Assembly (NCBI RefSeq): GCF_000195955.2
Contig: NC_000962.3
Span: 3,180,001-3,212,000 of the forward strand
Length of the DNA: 32,000 bases
Reading direction: 5' to 3'
Origin: Mycobacterium tuberculosis H37Rv
GTDB lineage: Bacteria > Actinomycetota > Actinomycetes > Mycobacteriales > Mycobacteriaceae
The stretch's first letter is position 1, and each line of letters opens with the position of its first letter. The notes below the pieces were generated by a model. It ran no database searches, was not told where the DNA came from, and worked only from the letters and a program-made list of their open reading frames with translations. Below are positions 9,614-19,118 of this stretch, piece after piece. A program made the position numbers and the translations under genes.

Positions 9614-10678
9614 GCGGCGCTGATCTCCCGCCCACGGGTGTCTCGTACCGTGCAGGAAACTCCTTTCGCCCGAACCCGTTTGACGAATTCACGCTCAACC
9701 GGCTTGGGGCTGGCATCCCAATCACTGCCCGGAGTCGGGTTCAGCGGGATCAGGTTCACGTGCGCCAACGGCCCGAGAACACGATGCAGTCGCTTTCCCA
9801 GCAAGTCGGCCCGCCACGGTTGGTCGTTGACATCACGGATCAGCGCGTACTCAATAGACACCCGTCGCCCGGTCACATTGGCGTAGTACCGGGCCGCATC
9901 GAGCGCTTCGCTGATCCTCCACCGGTTGTTGACCGGAACTAGTGTATCGCGCAACCCGTCGTCGGGGGCGTGCAGCGACAGCGCCAGGGTCACGCCGAGC
10001 CGCGCGTCGGCAAGGTTGCGGATAGCAGGGGCCAGACCCACCGTCGACACCGTCACCGCGCGGGCCGAAATCCCGAAACCGGACGGCGGCCGCGCGGTAA
10101 TGCGCTGAACTGCGGCCAACACCCTGGCGTAGTTGGCCAGCGGCTCCCCCCATACCCATGAACACCACATTCGACAACCGATCGCCGAAGTCGTCGCGCA
10201 ACGCCGCGGCGCCGGCACGCACCTGCTCGAGGATCTCCGCCGTCGATAGGTTGCGAGTCAATCCGCCCTGGCCAGTGGCACAGAACGGGCAAGCCATGCC
10301 GCAGCCGGCCTGCGAGGAAATGCAGACCGTGTTGCGCCGCGGATAGCGCATCAGCACCGATTCGAACATGGTACCGTCGACGGCCCGCCACAACGTCTTT
10401 CGAGTCTGGCCGGCATCGCAGGTGATGTCGGCGGACGCGGTAAGCAAGTTCGGGAACATCGCTCCGGCGATCCGGTCGCGAACGGCCGCCGGAAGGTCGG
10501 TCATCTGACGCGGATCGGCGATCAGCCGACCGTAGTACTGGTGTGCAAGCTGCTTGGCCCGAAACGCCGGCAGCCCCAGCTCCGCGACGGCAGACGCTCG
10601 GCCCGCCGCGTCGAGATCGGCCAGGTGCCGCGGCGGCCGACCCGGACGCGGCTCATCGAACATCAACTCGGGGACCAT
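9583..10678 (-). pseudogene. rlmN: 23S rRNA (adenine-2503-C2) methyltransferase RlmN split into two frames (N-terminal ORF 9851..10678, C-terminal ORF 9583..10218)
   Basis: N-terminal frame has [21 protein letters not shown] (radical-SAM CxxxCxxC) up to NVVFMGMG; the shifted frame resumes as [18 protein letters not shown]... to [18 protein letters not shown]6 tract (plus-strand C6 at 10146-10151) sits at the break. Confidence 0.85.
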
Positions 10679-10700
10679 GACCTGTCCAGTATCGCCGTTG

Positions 10701-11621
10701 TCAGGGCAGCAGTGTGAGGACTATCCAGGCCGCCACCGCGGAAGGCAGTATGCCGTCGAGCCGGTCCATCAGACCGCCGTGGCCGGGTAGCAGGCGGCCC
10801 ATGTCTTTGATGCCGAGGTCACGTTTGACCTGCGACTCCACCAGGTCGCCCAGCGCGGTGGTGAGCACGAAAAGCACGCCGAGCAGTGCACCAATCCACG
10901 GCGTTTTGCCGACCAGGAAAGTCGCGGTGATGATCGTTGCGGTGATCCCGCACACCAGCGAACCGGCAAAGCCCTCCCACGACTTCTTCGGGCTGATCGT
11001 CGGAACCATCGGATGCTTGCCAAACAGCACCCCCACGGCGTAGCCGCCGACATCGGAAGCGATGACCGCGATCATCATGCAGAACACCCATCCCGAGCCA
11101 TTTTCCGGGTAGACCAGCATTGCGCCGAAAGAGCAGAACAATGGGACCCACACGGCCAGGAAGACCGTGGCCGAGACGTCGGACAAGTAGTTTCCCGGCG
11201 ACGGTGCACCGCCGGTCGTCGGGCGCGTCACGCTGTCCTGCATGAACAGTCGCCAAATCATGCAGACAACGACCATGCCACCAAAGCCCGCCAATGCGCC
11301 GACCGCGCCGAACGGCCAGGTCAGCCACACCGCGGCCTGCCCGCCAATCAGCAACGGGATAACCGGGATGAGATAGCCCGCTTCCCGCAACCTCCGCACC
11401 ACCTCATGGGTAGCGACCAAGGTGGCGACGGCCACGATGGCAACCCAAACGCGCGGAACGAACACCAGCACCGCGATGAGGACTAGGCCTATGGAAAGGC
11501 CCACCACGATCGCTGCGCGCAAATCACGGCCGGCGCGGGACGTTTCGGTCGCCGGCTGCTGTTTAGCACCACGCGCCGGCTGCTCGGCGGGGTTTCCGGT
11601 GCCGGCATCGTTGGTTGTCAC
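10701..11621 (-). CDS. cdsA: Phosphatidate cytidylyltransferase
   Basis: Multi-TM protein with the C-terminal CdsA signature [29 protein letters not shown]; likely GTG start at 11621. Confidence 0.93.
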
Positions 11622-11643
11622 GGATTTTGTTGCTGAGCGGCCG

Positions 11644-12201
11644 CTAGACCTCCAGCAGCTCGCCTTCTTTGTGTTTAACCAGCTCATCAATTTGGGTGAC
11701 GTATTGGTGCGTGGTCTTGTCGAGATCCTTTTCTGCGCGACCGACCTCATCCTCGCCGGCCTCGCCTTCCTTACGGATGCGATGGAGTTCCTCCATCGCT
11801 TTGCGACGGATATTACGCACCGAAACCTTGGCCTCCTCCCCCTTATGCTTTGCCTGTTTGACCAGCTCTCGCCGACGTTCTTCGGTGAGCTGCGGTACGG
11901 CCACGCGAATAAGGGCGCCGTCGTTGGTGGGATTCACTCCAAGGTCGGAGTTGCGAATTGCAGTCTCGATAGCGCGCAACTGATTGGCTTCATACGGCTT
12001 TATCACGACTAGCCGCGCCTCGGGGACATTGATGCTGGCCAGTTGCGTGATCGGGGTGGCCGCACCGTAGTAGTCGATGGTGATCCGAGAGAACATGCCA
12101 GGGTTGGCGCGGCCGGTACGGATAGTTGACAGGTCGTCACGTGCCACCGCCACAGCCTTCTCCATTTTCTCTTCGGCGTCGAAGAGAGCCTCATCAATCA
12201 T
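11644..12201 (-). CDS. frr: Ribosome recycling factor
   Basis: [63 protein letters not shown]..., 185 aa. Confidence 0.97.
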
Positions 12202-12353
12202 CTGCGCCGCTCCTCCTCATCGCTGCGCTCTGCATCGTCGCCGGCGCCAACCATCTGCGCCGCTCCTCCTCATCGCTGCGCTCTGCATCGTCGCCGGCGC
12301 CAACCATCTGCGCCGCTCCTCCTCATCGCTGCGCTCTGCATCGTCGCCGGCGC
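12199..12353. repeat. 53-bp tandem repeat (2 full copies + 49 bp of a third) between pyrH and frr; matches the MIRU31/ETR-E (VNTR 3192) class
   Basis: CATCTGCGCCGCTCCTCCTCATCGCTGCGCTCTGCATCGTCGCCGGCGCCAAC at 12199-12251 and 12252-12304; 12305-12353 repeats the first 49 nt exactly. Confidence 0.97.
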
Positions 12354-12372
12354 GAAGCAGCGCGTAGTCCCC

Positions 12373-13158
12373 TTAGGTGGTGACCAGCGTTCCGATCTTC
12401 TCACCCCGAACAGCACGGGCGATATTGCCATCGGTCAGCAGGTTGAACACCAGGATCGGCATGCCATTGTCCATGCAAAGGCTGAACGCGGTGGCGTCGG
12501 CTACTCGCAGCCCGCGGTCGAGGACCTCACGATGACTGACGGCGGTGAGCAGTTCGGCCTCGGGGTTCACCCGCGGATCCTCAGCAAACACACCGTCGAC
12601 CGCTTTGGCCATCAAGACCACGTCGGCACCGATCTCCAGCGCACGCTGCGCTGCGGTGGTATCCGTCGAAAAGTACGGCAGCCCCATGCCGGCACCGAAG
12701 ATCACCACCCGTCCCTTCTCCAGGTGGCGGACGGCCCGCAACGGCAGGTACGGTTCGGCCACCTGGCCCATGGTGATCGCGGTCTGGACTCGGGTAACGA
12801 TGCCTTCCTTCTCCAGGAAGTCTTGCAGTGCAAGGCTGTTCATGACAGTGCCGAGCATTCCCATATAGTCCGACCTGGTGCGCTCCATACCGAGCTGCTG
12901 CAGCTGTGCGCCCCGGAAAAAGTTGCCGCCGCCGATCACGACGGCGATCTGGACGCCGCCGCGCACCACATCGGCGATCTGGCGGGCCACCTGCGCGACG
13001 ACATCGGGATCCAGCCCGACCTGGCCTCCGCCGAACATTTCCCCGCCGAGCTTGAGCAACACTCGCGAGTACCCGGACAGCTGAGCCGCCGACGCGGCGC
13101 CAGTGCTCGCAGGCTCCGGCTTCGAAGCCGGCGCGCCGGCGACATCGGGCTCTGTCAT
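12373..13158 (-). CDS. pyrH: UMP kinase
   Basis: [41 protein letters not shown] and [11 protein letters not shown] motifs; likely start at 13158 ([15 protein letters not shown]). Confidence 0.95.
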   Translation of the reverse strand: MTEPDVAGAPASKPEPASTGAASAAQLSGYSRVLLKLGGEMFGGGQVGLDPDVVAQVARQIADVVRGGVQIAVVIGGGNFFRGAQLQQLGMERTRSDYMGMLGTVMNSLALQDFLEKEGIVTRVQTAITMGQVAEPYLPLRAVRHLEKGRVVIFGAGMGLPYFSTDTTAAQRALEIGADVVLMAKAVDGVFAEDPRVNPEAELLTAVSHREVLDRGLRVADATAFSLCMDNGMPILVFNLLTDGNIARAVRGEKIGTLVTT

Positions 13159-13392
13159 CTGACTCCTCGCACGACAGTGCCATCCCGGCACCACCAGGAC
13201 GGCATCTCACATCCTGCCTCAATAGCCGCGCTCCGGCGTGGGCGGGGTGCGTTAGTCACGCAACAACGAGGGGCCGGCCGAGGCCAGGCCCGTCGACTAT
13301 CTCAAGGTGTGAGCATCGCTCGAGCAACAAAGTTGGAATAGTTCTGTTCTGAACCGGGTACCCAGGGGTACCGGCAGACATCTCCGCGAGGG

Positions 13393-14151
13393 ATGCCTAC
13401 GGGCCCCACGACGGGGAAGTGGCACCCTCATGAAGTTTGGAGATATCTCTTGGAAGTTCTACTTCTTACCGATGAAGCCGATCTTGAATCGGCTCTGCCG
13501 GAGCTGGAGTCGTTCGCGCAGTCGGTGCAGCGCGCACCGCTGGACGACCCGGGCGCGGCCAAGGGTGCGGACGCCGATGTCGCGATCATTGACGCGCGCG
13601 CCGACTTGGCGGCCGCTCGCCGGGTGTGCCGCCGGCTGACGACTAGCGCACCAGCCCTTGCCGTGGTGGCTGTTGTTGCGCCGGCCAACTTTGTGGCAGT
13701 GGACGGCGATTGGATATTCGATGACGTGCTGTTGAACGCGGCCGGCGGGGCCGAGCTGCAGGCACGGTTGCGGTTGGCGATCACACGTCGACGGAGCACG
13801 CTAGCGGGCACACTGCAATTCGGGGACCTCGTCCTTCACCCAGCCAGCTACACCGCGTCGCTGGGCGACCGGGACCTGGGGCTGACGCTCACCGAATTCA
13901 AACTCATGAATTTCCTTGTGCAGCATGCCGGTCGGGCGTTCACCCGGACTCGGCTCATGCGTGAGGTGTGGGGCTATGAGTGCCATGGTCGCATTCGTAC
14001 CGTCGATGTTCACGTACGACGACTGCGCGCAAAGCTCGGAGCCGAGCACGAATCGATGATCGACACCGTTCGCGGTGTGGGTTATATGGCGGTGACGCCA
14101 CCGCAGCCGCGCTGGATCATCAGCGAATCGATACTAAACCGTTGCAAGTGA
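13393..14151 (+). CDS. Atypical OmpR/PhoB-type regulator, GlnR-like
   Basis: C-terminal winged helix (LTLTEFKLMNFLVQHAGRAFTRTRLMREVWGY...RTVDVHVRRLRAKLG...IDTVRGVGYMAV) with a receiver-like N-terminus. Confidence 0.85.
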   Translation: MPTGPTTGKWHPHEVWRYLLEVLLLTDEADLESALPELESFAQSVQRAPLDDPGAAKGADADVAIIDARADLAAARRVCRRLTTSAPALAVVAVVAPANFVAVDGDWIFDDVLLNAAGGAELQARLRLAITRRRSTLAGTLQFGDLVLHPASYTASLGDRDLGLTLTEFKLMNFLVQHAGRAFTRTRLMREVWGYECHGRIRTVDVHVRRLRAKLGAEHESMIDTVRGVGYMAVTPPQPRWIISESILNRCK

Positions 14152-14179
14152 GTGATCTTTAGTGGTCACTTGACTTGCA
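14143..14179 (-). ncRNA. Candidate hairpin at the tnpB 3' end, possibly part of an omega/re RNA
   Basis: Imperfect inverted repeat TGCAAGTGAGTGA (14143-14155) / TCACTTGACTTGCA (14166-14179) spanning the tnpB stop codon. Confidence 0.3.
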
Positions 14180-15548
14180 CCCCGTCTCGGGGTTGTTCGC
14201 CGGCCGGGTGGCCGGTTGCCTTCCGCGCTTCACGGCCACCCGCCGGGCCAGGCCCGGTCTTACGGTCGGCTCCACGCTTGACGGCGGCCCCAACTGGGCC
14301 GACGACGCTAGGTGGTTCCTCGTAGCGTGCGAGGTTGATCGCGGCGTTGTCGTCACGTTGGTGCGTGATCGAACAGCCGTCGCATTGCCATTTTTCGTCC
14401 CAGCCGATGTCTTGCACATGCCGGCAGGCATGGCAGGTTTTCGACGATGGGAACCAGCGGTCGGCGACCACCAGACTCGATCCGTACCAGCCTGTCTTGT
14501 AGGACAGGTGACGGCGCGGGGTTGCCAGGGCTGCATCAGACAGTGCGCGCCGTCTGGCGCGCGCCCCCGGCAGTCCCTTTTGCCGCAGCATTCCCGCCGC
14601 ATCCAGACCTTCGACAACGATACGGCCGTGGGTTTTGGCCAATCGTGTTGTCAGCACGTGCAGGTGGTGGGTACGGACATCGTTGACCCGACGGTGCAGC
14701 CGGGACAGTTCGGTGGTGCGCTCACAGTAGCGGCGTGAGCCTTTCGTGCAGCGTGAGCGTGCGCGGCTGACGCGGCGCAACCCGCGCAACGCAGCATCAA
14801 GCGGGCGAGGATTCGGCACTTGTTCAAGCACCGTGCCCTCAGCGTCTGCAACAGTGGCCAAACGCCGCACACCAACGTCGACACCCACCCGTGAATCAGG
14901 AAGCGCCACACGCCGCTGTTGGGGGCGTTGGACGAGCACCCGCACGCTCGCATCCAGGCGGGTGCCGTTGCGGCGCACGGTGATCGCCAGCACCCGCGCC
15001 CGACCTTTGGCGATGAGCCGCTCAACCCGGCGGGTGTTCTCGTACGTACGGATGGTGCCGATCACCGGCAAGGTGAGGTGGCGGCGGTCGGGCTCCACAC
15101 GCATCGCACCGGTCGTGAAGCACACGCGATCGGCGTCGCGTCCCTTCTTCTTAAACCGGGGAACGCCTACTGTTTTGCCAGCCCGTTTCCCGGCACGGCA
15201 GCTCTGCCAGTTCCAATACGCATCGACCGCGCCCGCGATGCCATCGGCATAGGCCTCTTTCGAGCATTCCGGCCACCACACCTGCCCGGTCTGCGCGTTG
15301 ACACACACCTGGTCTTTGACCGTGTTCCACCGTTTGCGCAACACCCGCAGCGACGGCTTCGCCGACTCGGTGCCATCCGCGCGCCACGCCTTGATGTCGG
15401 CTTTAAGCGCCGTGACGGTCCAGTTGAATGCCTTACGGCGAGCACCAAAATGGCGCGCCAAGCTGGCAGCTTGCGTCTGGGTCGGGTTCAGCGTGAACCG
15501 AAACGCCTGCACACACCACCCCTCAGGCACCTTTAAGCGCGCCATCAC
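14166..15548 (-). CDS. tnpB: TnpB, RuvC-like RNA-guided endonuclease family protein of an IS607-family element
   Basis: RuvC motifs VGVDVGVRRLATV (D), IVVEGLDAAG (E) and HQRDDNAAINLARY (D), plus zinc-finger cysteines SSKTCHACRHVQ...WQCDGCS; 460 aa. Confidence 0.92.
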   Translation of the reverse strand: MMARLKVPEGWCVQAFRFTLNPTQTQAASLARHFGARRKAFNWTVTALKADIKAWRADGTESAKPSLRVLRKRWNTVKDQVCVNAQTGQVWWPECSKEAYADGIAGAVDAYWNWQSCRAGKRAGKTVGVPRFKKKGRDADRVCFTTGAMRVEPDRRHLTLPVIGTIRTYENTRRVERLIAKGRARVLAITVRRNGTRLDASVRVLVQRPQQRRVALPDSRVGVDVGVRRLATVADAEGTVLEQVPNPRPLDAALRGLRRVSRARSRCTKGSRRYCERTTELSRLHRRVNDVRTHHLHVLTTRLAKTHGRIVVEGLDAAGMLRQKGLPGARARRRALSDAALATPRRHLSYKTGWYGSSLVVADRWFPSSKTCHACRHVQDIGWDEKWQCDGCSITHQRDDNAAINLARYEEPPSVVGPVGAAVKRGADRKTGPGPAGGREARKATGHPAGEQPRDGVQVK

Positions 15549-16132
15549 CTAGCCTCGTGTCCCCCGGCGCGTGCCGCCGCGGCCACGGCACGCGCAGCAC
15601 GGTTGCCAGCAGCGCGTTTGCCGTAGAGCCGCGCACATATCGACGTCAAGATCTCGGTGATATCGCCCACAACGTCGTCATCGACATCGGCCGAATCGAC
15701 CACAACCAGCTCACGGCCGTCAGCGGCCAGTACCGCCTGTACACACTCAAAGCCGAACCGCCCCAACCGGTCCCGACGTTTCATCACAATCCGCCTCACC
15801 GTCGGATCACCCAGCAGCGTAAGGAACGTGCGGCGGCGCCCGTACAGCGCCGACCCGACTTCAGTAACGACCTTGCCGACGGGTATCTGTTCCGCCGTGG
15901 CCCACGCGGTCACGCCTACCACTTGCCGATCCAGATCCACCTTCTGATCAGCCGACGACAACCGCGCACACACCGCCGTCCGCCCCCACCGCCCCGGCTG
16001 CCCGGCTGGCTCGTCGACAAGAATCACTCGCCCAACCCTGCGGGCGGGAACCGGCAACCGCCCGACACGCAACCAGCGATACGCAATAACCCGCGCCACA
16101 CCGTTGCCCTCAGCCCACACCACCAGATTCAT
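15545..16132 (-). CDS. tnpA: TnpA, serine recombinase of an IS607-family element
   Basis: MNLVVWAEGNGVARVIAYRWLRVGRLPVPARRVGRVI (HTH) then VCARLSSADQKVDLDRQ (catalytic Ser) and RRDRLGRFGFE. The open frame extends to 16432 but the domain begins at 16132. Confidence 0.88.
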   Translation of the reverse strand: MNLVVWAEGNGVARVIAYRWLRVGRLPVPARRVGRVILVDEPAGQPGRWGRTAVCARLSSADQKVDLDRQVVGVTAWATAEQIPVGKVVTEVGSALYGRRRTFLTLLGDPTVRRIVMKRRDRLGRFGFECVQAVLAADGRELVVVDSADVDDDVVGDITEILTSICARLYGKRAAGNRAARAVAAAARAGGHEAR

Positions 16133-16414
16133 ACTTCCGTTCCTACAACACACCACCGACAACCAACGACCACCCAAACGCAACAGCTGACAGCCCCTTC
16201 CGGGCATCGGCAGCACCGGCCGAAGACTCCACAGCGCGTTAATGCGCCCAGGTGTTTGCAACGGCGGTGTCGAAGGCTGCCGAGAACACGCCCACTGCGG
16301 CAATGCGATGTAGGCTTCACGCCCGTGGCTATGGTTCCCGCTCAAACGACCGGCGGCACTGCCCACAAGCGCCGGGAGCGCATAGGAACGATTTACCGTT
16401 CGGCCCGGCACATG

Positions 16415-16431
16415 TGTCAGTATCCTTGACA
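16415..16431. promoter_or_regulatory. Candidate operator palindrome TGTCA-N7-TGACA at the start of the MarR gene
   Basis: TGTCAGTATCCTTGACA at 16415-16431, overlapping the first base of the MarR-type ORF. Confidence 0.35.
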
Positions 16432-16850
16432 TGGGTCTAGCCGATGACGCCCCGCTGGGCTATCTGCTCTACCGGGTGGGAGCCGTACTGCGGCCAGAGG
16501 TTTCCGCTGCGCTCAGTCCACTCGGCCTGACGCTGCCTGAGTTCGTCTGCCTGAGAATGCTTTCGCAGTCACCGGGACTATCCAGCGCCGAATTGGCCCG
16601 GCACGCAAGCGTCACACCGCAGGCGATGAACACGGTGTTGCGCAAGCTGGAAGATGCCGGTGCGGTGGCCCGGCCCGCATCGGTGTCTTCCGGGCGTTCG
16701 CTACCGGCTACATTGACCGCTCGAGGCCGAGCCCTGGCGAAGCGCGCCGAGGCCGTCGTACGCGCCGCCGATGCCCGCGTCCTGGCCAGGCTGACCGCGC
16801 CTCAGCAACGCGAGTTCAAACGAATGCTGGAGAAGCTCGGGTCCGACTAG
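16431..16850 (+). CDS. MarR-family transcriptional regulator (Rv2887-like)
   Basis: 139 aa with winged-helix LSSAELARHASVTPQAMNTVLRKLEDAGAVARPASVSSGRSLPATLTARGRAL. Confidence 0.92.
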   Translation: MGLADDAPLGYLLYRVGAVLRPEVSAALSPLGLTLPEFVCLRMLSQSPGLSSAELARHASVTPQAMNTVLRKLEDAGAVARPASVSSGRSLPATLTARGRALAKRAEAVVRAADARVLARLTAPQQREFKRMLEKLGSD

Positions 16851-16863
16851 ATCCGGACGCGGG

Positions 16864-18285
16864 CTACTCGGCGATATTTGGGGCGTGGATCCGGGCCCAG
16901 GGCCGGGCCTCTTCGAGTTCGTAAGCCAGCTCCAGCAGCAGCGCCTCGCGCCCGGTATCAGCCGAGAGCATCATGCCCACGGGCATGCCGTCCGCGGATT
17001 GAGCCAACGGTAGCGAAATCGCCGGCACCCCCGTGACGTTCTGCACTGGCGTGAACACGACCCAGCTGCTCAGCCGGTCGAGCACCGTCTGATAGTCGGT
17101 AGGCGCAAGGTATCCGACCTGCGGAGTGGCCTCCGCGACCGTTGGCGTGAGCAAGACGTCGTAGGTACCGAAGAACCGCACGCTGCGCCGCCGTAGCATG
17201 CGCAGACGCATGATCGCCAACGGCAGCCGGTGCAGGTTGCGGCCGGTATGGCGGGCCAGCCCCAAAGTCAGTTCGTCCAGCCGGGTAGGGTCGAACGTCC
17301 TGCCGAATGTGCGCCGGCCGCTGCGCACTTGCGCCAGGGCCAAGAACCCCCAATAGAGCACGAAATCGTCCACGAAACTGGCCGGTGCCGGTGGGTGGTC
17401 GACGTGTTCTACCCGGTGACCTAGTTCCTCGAGCAGCCCTGCCAACTTCAGCGTCAGCTGCCGCACTTCGGGGCTGGCCTCGCGCAGAACCGAGCGGGTT
17501 ACTACGGCAATCCTCAGCCGCTGCTTAACGGGGCTTGTGACGTCCCCGACCGGCGGCAGCTGGTGGTTACGCCAAAGGCGCTCGGCCTCGCGGTAGAAGG
17601 CTGCGGTGTCGCGTACCGTGCGGGTCAGGACGCCATTGGCGACGATGCCCACCGGCAACCTGCGATACTCCGGCTCCAGCGGCAACCGGCCGCGCGACGG
17701 CTTGAGCCCGACCAACCCGTTGCAGGCGGCCGGAATACGGATCGAGCCGCCGCCGTCGTTGGCGTGCGCGATCGGCACCACGCCGGCTGCCACCAAGGCG
17801 CCCGATCCCGATGAGGAGGCACCCGCTGTGTAGTCGGTATTCCACGGATTACGGACCGGTCCCAGCCGAGGGTGTTCGGCCACGGCGCTGAAGCCGAATT
17901 CCGACAACTGCGTCTTGCCCAGGGACACCAGCCCGGTGCCCAGCACCACCCGGGTTATCTCGCTGTCGGCGACGGCCGCGTATGGTTCCCACGCGTCGGT
18001 GCCATGCATCGACGGCTGTCCGGCAACGTCGACGTTGTCCTTGATGAAGGTCGGCACTCCACTGAAGAACGCTTCCTGGCCCGTACCCATCGCGGCCGCG
18101 TCTCGCGCCACGTCGAAAGCCGCATACGCCAACGCGTTCAGTGCCGGGTTAACGGCTTCGGCGCGGGCGATGGCGGCCTCGACGACGTCTGCCCGACCCA
18201 CTCGACCTGATCGGATGGCGTCGGCGAGGGCGACCGCGTCGAGGTCACCAAGGGCATCGTCAACGAAAGCGTGTACGCGCGACAT
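16864..18285 (-). CDS. amiC: Amidase signature-family hydrolase
   Basis: GVPTFIKDNVDVAG, TDYTAGASSSGSGALVAAGVVPIAHANDGGGSIRIPAACNGLVGLKPSRGR (amidase signature Ser-cisSer-Lys). Confidence 0.92.
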   Translation of the reverse strand: MSRVHAFVDDALGDLDAVALADAIRSGRVGRADVVEAAIARAEAVNPALNALAYAAFDVARDAAAMGTGQEAFFSGVPTFIKDNVDVAGQPSMHGTDAWEPYAAVADSEITRVVLGTGLVSLGKTQLSEFGFSAVAEHPRLGPVRNPWNTDYTAGASSSGSGALVAAGVVPIAHANDGGGSIRIPAACNGLVGLKPSRGRLPLEPEYRRLPVGIVANGVLTRTVRDTAAFYREAERLWRNHQLPPVGDVTSPVKQRLRIAVVTRSVLREASPEVRQLTLKLAGLLEELGHRVEHVDHPPAPASFVDDFVLYWGFLALAQVRSGRRTFGRTFDPTRLDELTLGLARHTGRNLHRLPLAIMRLRMLRRRSVRFFGTYDVLLTPTVAEATPQVGYLAPTDYQTVLDRLSSWVVFTPVQNVTGVPAISLPLAQSADGMPVGMMLSADTGREALLLELAYELEEARPWARIHAPNIAE

Positions 18286-18291
18286 ACCCGG

Positions 18292-19107
18292 CTAAGCCTG
18301 GCCCACCTCGAAGCGGACGAACCGTGTCACCGTCACGCCGGCCACGTCGAGCAGGGCCTTGACGGTCTTCTTATTGTCGGACACCGACGCCTGCTCAAGC
18401 AGCACCGCATCCTTGAAGAAGCCGTTCAGCCGGCCCTCGACAATCTTGGGCAGCGCCTGCTCCGGCTTGCCCTCGGCCCTTGCCGTCTCCTCGGCGATGC
18501 GGCGTTCGCTGGCCACGATGTCTTCAGGCACGTCGTCGCGGGACAGGTACCGCGCCCGCAGCGCGGCGATTTGCAACGCAACGGCGTGCGCGGCGGCCGC
18601 GTCGTCGCCGCGGTACTCGACCAGTACACCCACCGCTGGCGGCAGGTCAGCGGAACGTCGATGCAGGTAGGCTTCCACGGTCCCGTCGAAAATCGCCACA
18701 CGACGCAGCTCGAGCTTCTCGCCGATCTTGGCCGACAGCTCGGCGATCGCCTGCTCGACGGTCTTGTCGCCGATGCTGGCACCCTTGAGCGCGTCGACGT
18801 CGGCGGGCTTAGCTGCTGCCGCCGCCGCGACCACTTGGTCGGCCAGCGTTTGGAACTCCGCGTTCTTGGCAACAAAGTCAGTCTCGCAGTTGAGCTCGAT
18901 CAGCGCGCCGTCCTTGGCCGCCACCAAGCCCTCGGCCGTAGCCCGCTCGGCACGCTTGCCGACATCCTTAGCGCCCTTGATCCGCAGCGCCTCGACGGCC
19001 TTGTCGAAGTCCCCGTCGGTTTCGGCCAGCGCGTTCTTACAGGCGAGCATGCCGGCGCCGGTCAGCTCCCTCAGCCGCTTGACGTCAGCGGCAGTGAAGT
19101 TCGCCAT
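18292..19107 (-). CDS. tsf: Elongation factor Ts
   Basis: [45 protein letters not shown]; 271 aa. Confidence 0.97.
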
Positions 19108-19118
19108 ATCAGCCTTTC

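Larger units (their letters stand above)
14139..16200 (-). mobile_element. IS607-family insertion sequence, IS1539-like, carrying tnpA (serine recombinase) and tnpB; boundaries approximate
   Basis: Adjacent serine recombinase with an N-terminal MerR-like helix-turn-helix and a TnpB ORF overlapping by 4 nt (ATGA). Ends inferred only, since IS607 elements lack terminal inverted repeats. Confidence 0.8.

Noticed and set aside
9446-9886. Plus-strand 146-aa ORF with a 19-aa repeated peptide ([19 protein letters not shown])
   Set aside because: It is the translation of the 57-bp DNA repeat antisense to rlmN; no protein-family features or clear RBS seen.
12199-12353. Regular repeats considered as a CRISPR array
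   Set aside because: Units are directly contiguous with no variable spacers, and there are no cas genes; this is a VNTR.
15657-16429. Plus-strand 290-aa ORF opposite tnpA (part of the listed 15557..16429 ORF)
   Set aside because: Pro/Arg/His-rich antisense frame with no domain; tnpA on the other strand has intact catalytic motifs.
16431-16850. TTGACA at 16426-16431 as a -35 promoter box for the MarR gene
   Set aside because: It overlaps the start codon and no -10-like hexamer follows at suitable spacing; the inverted-repeat reading is more plausible.
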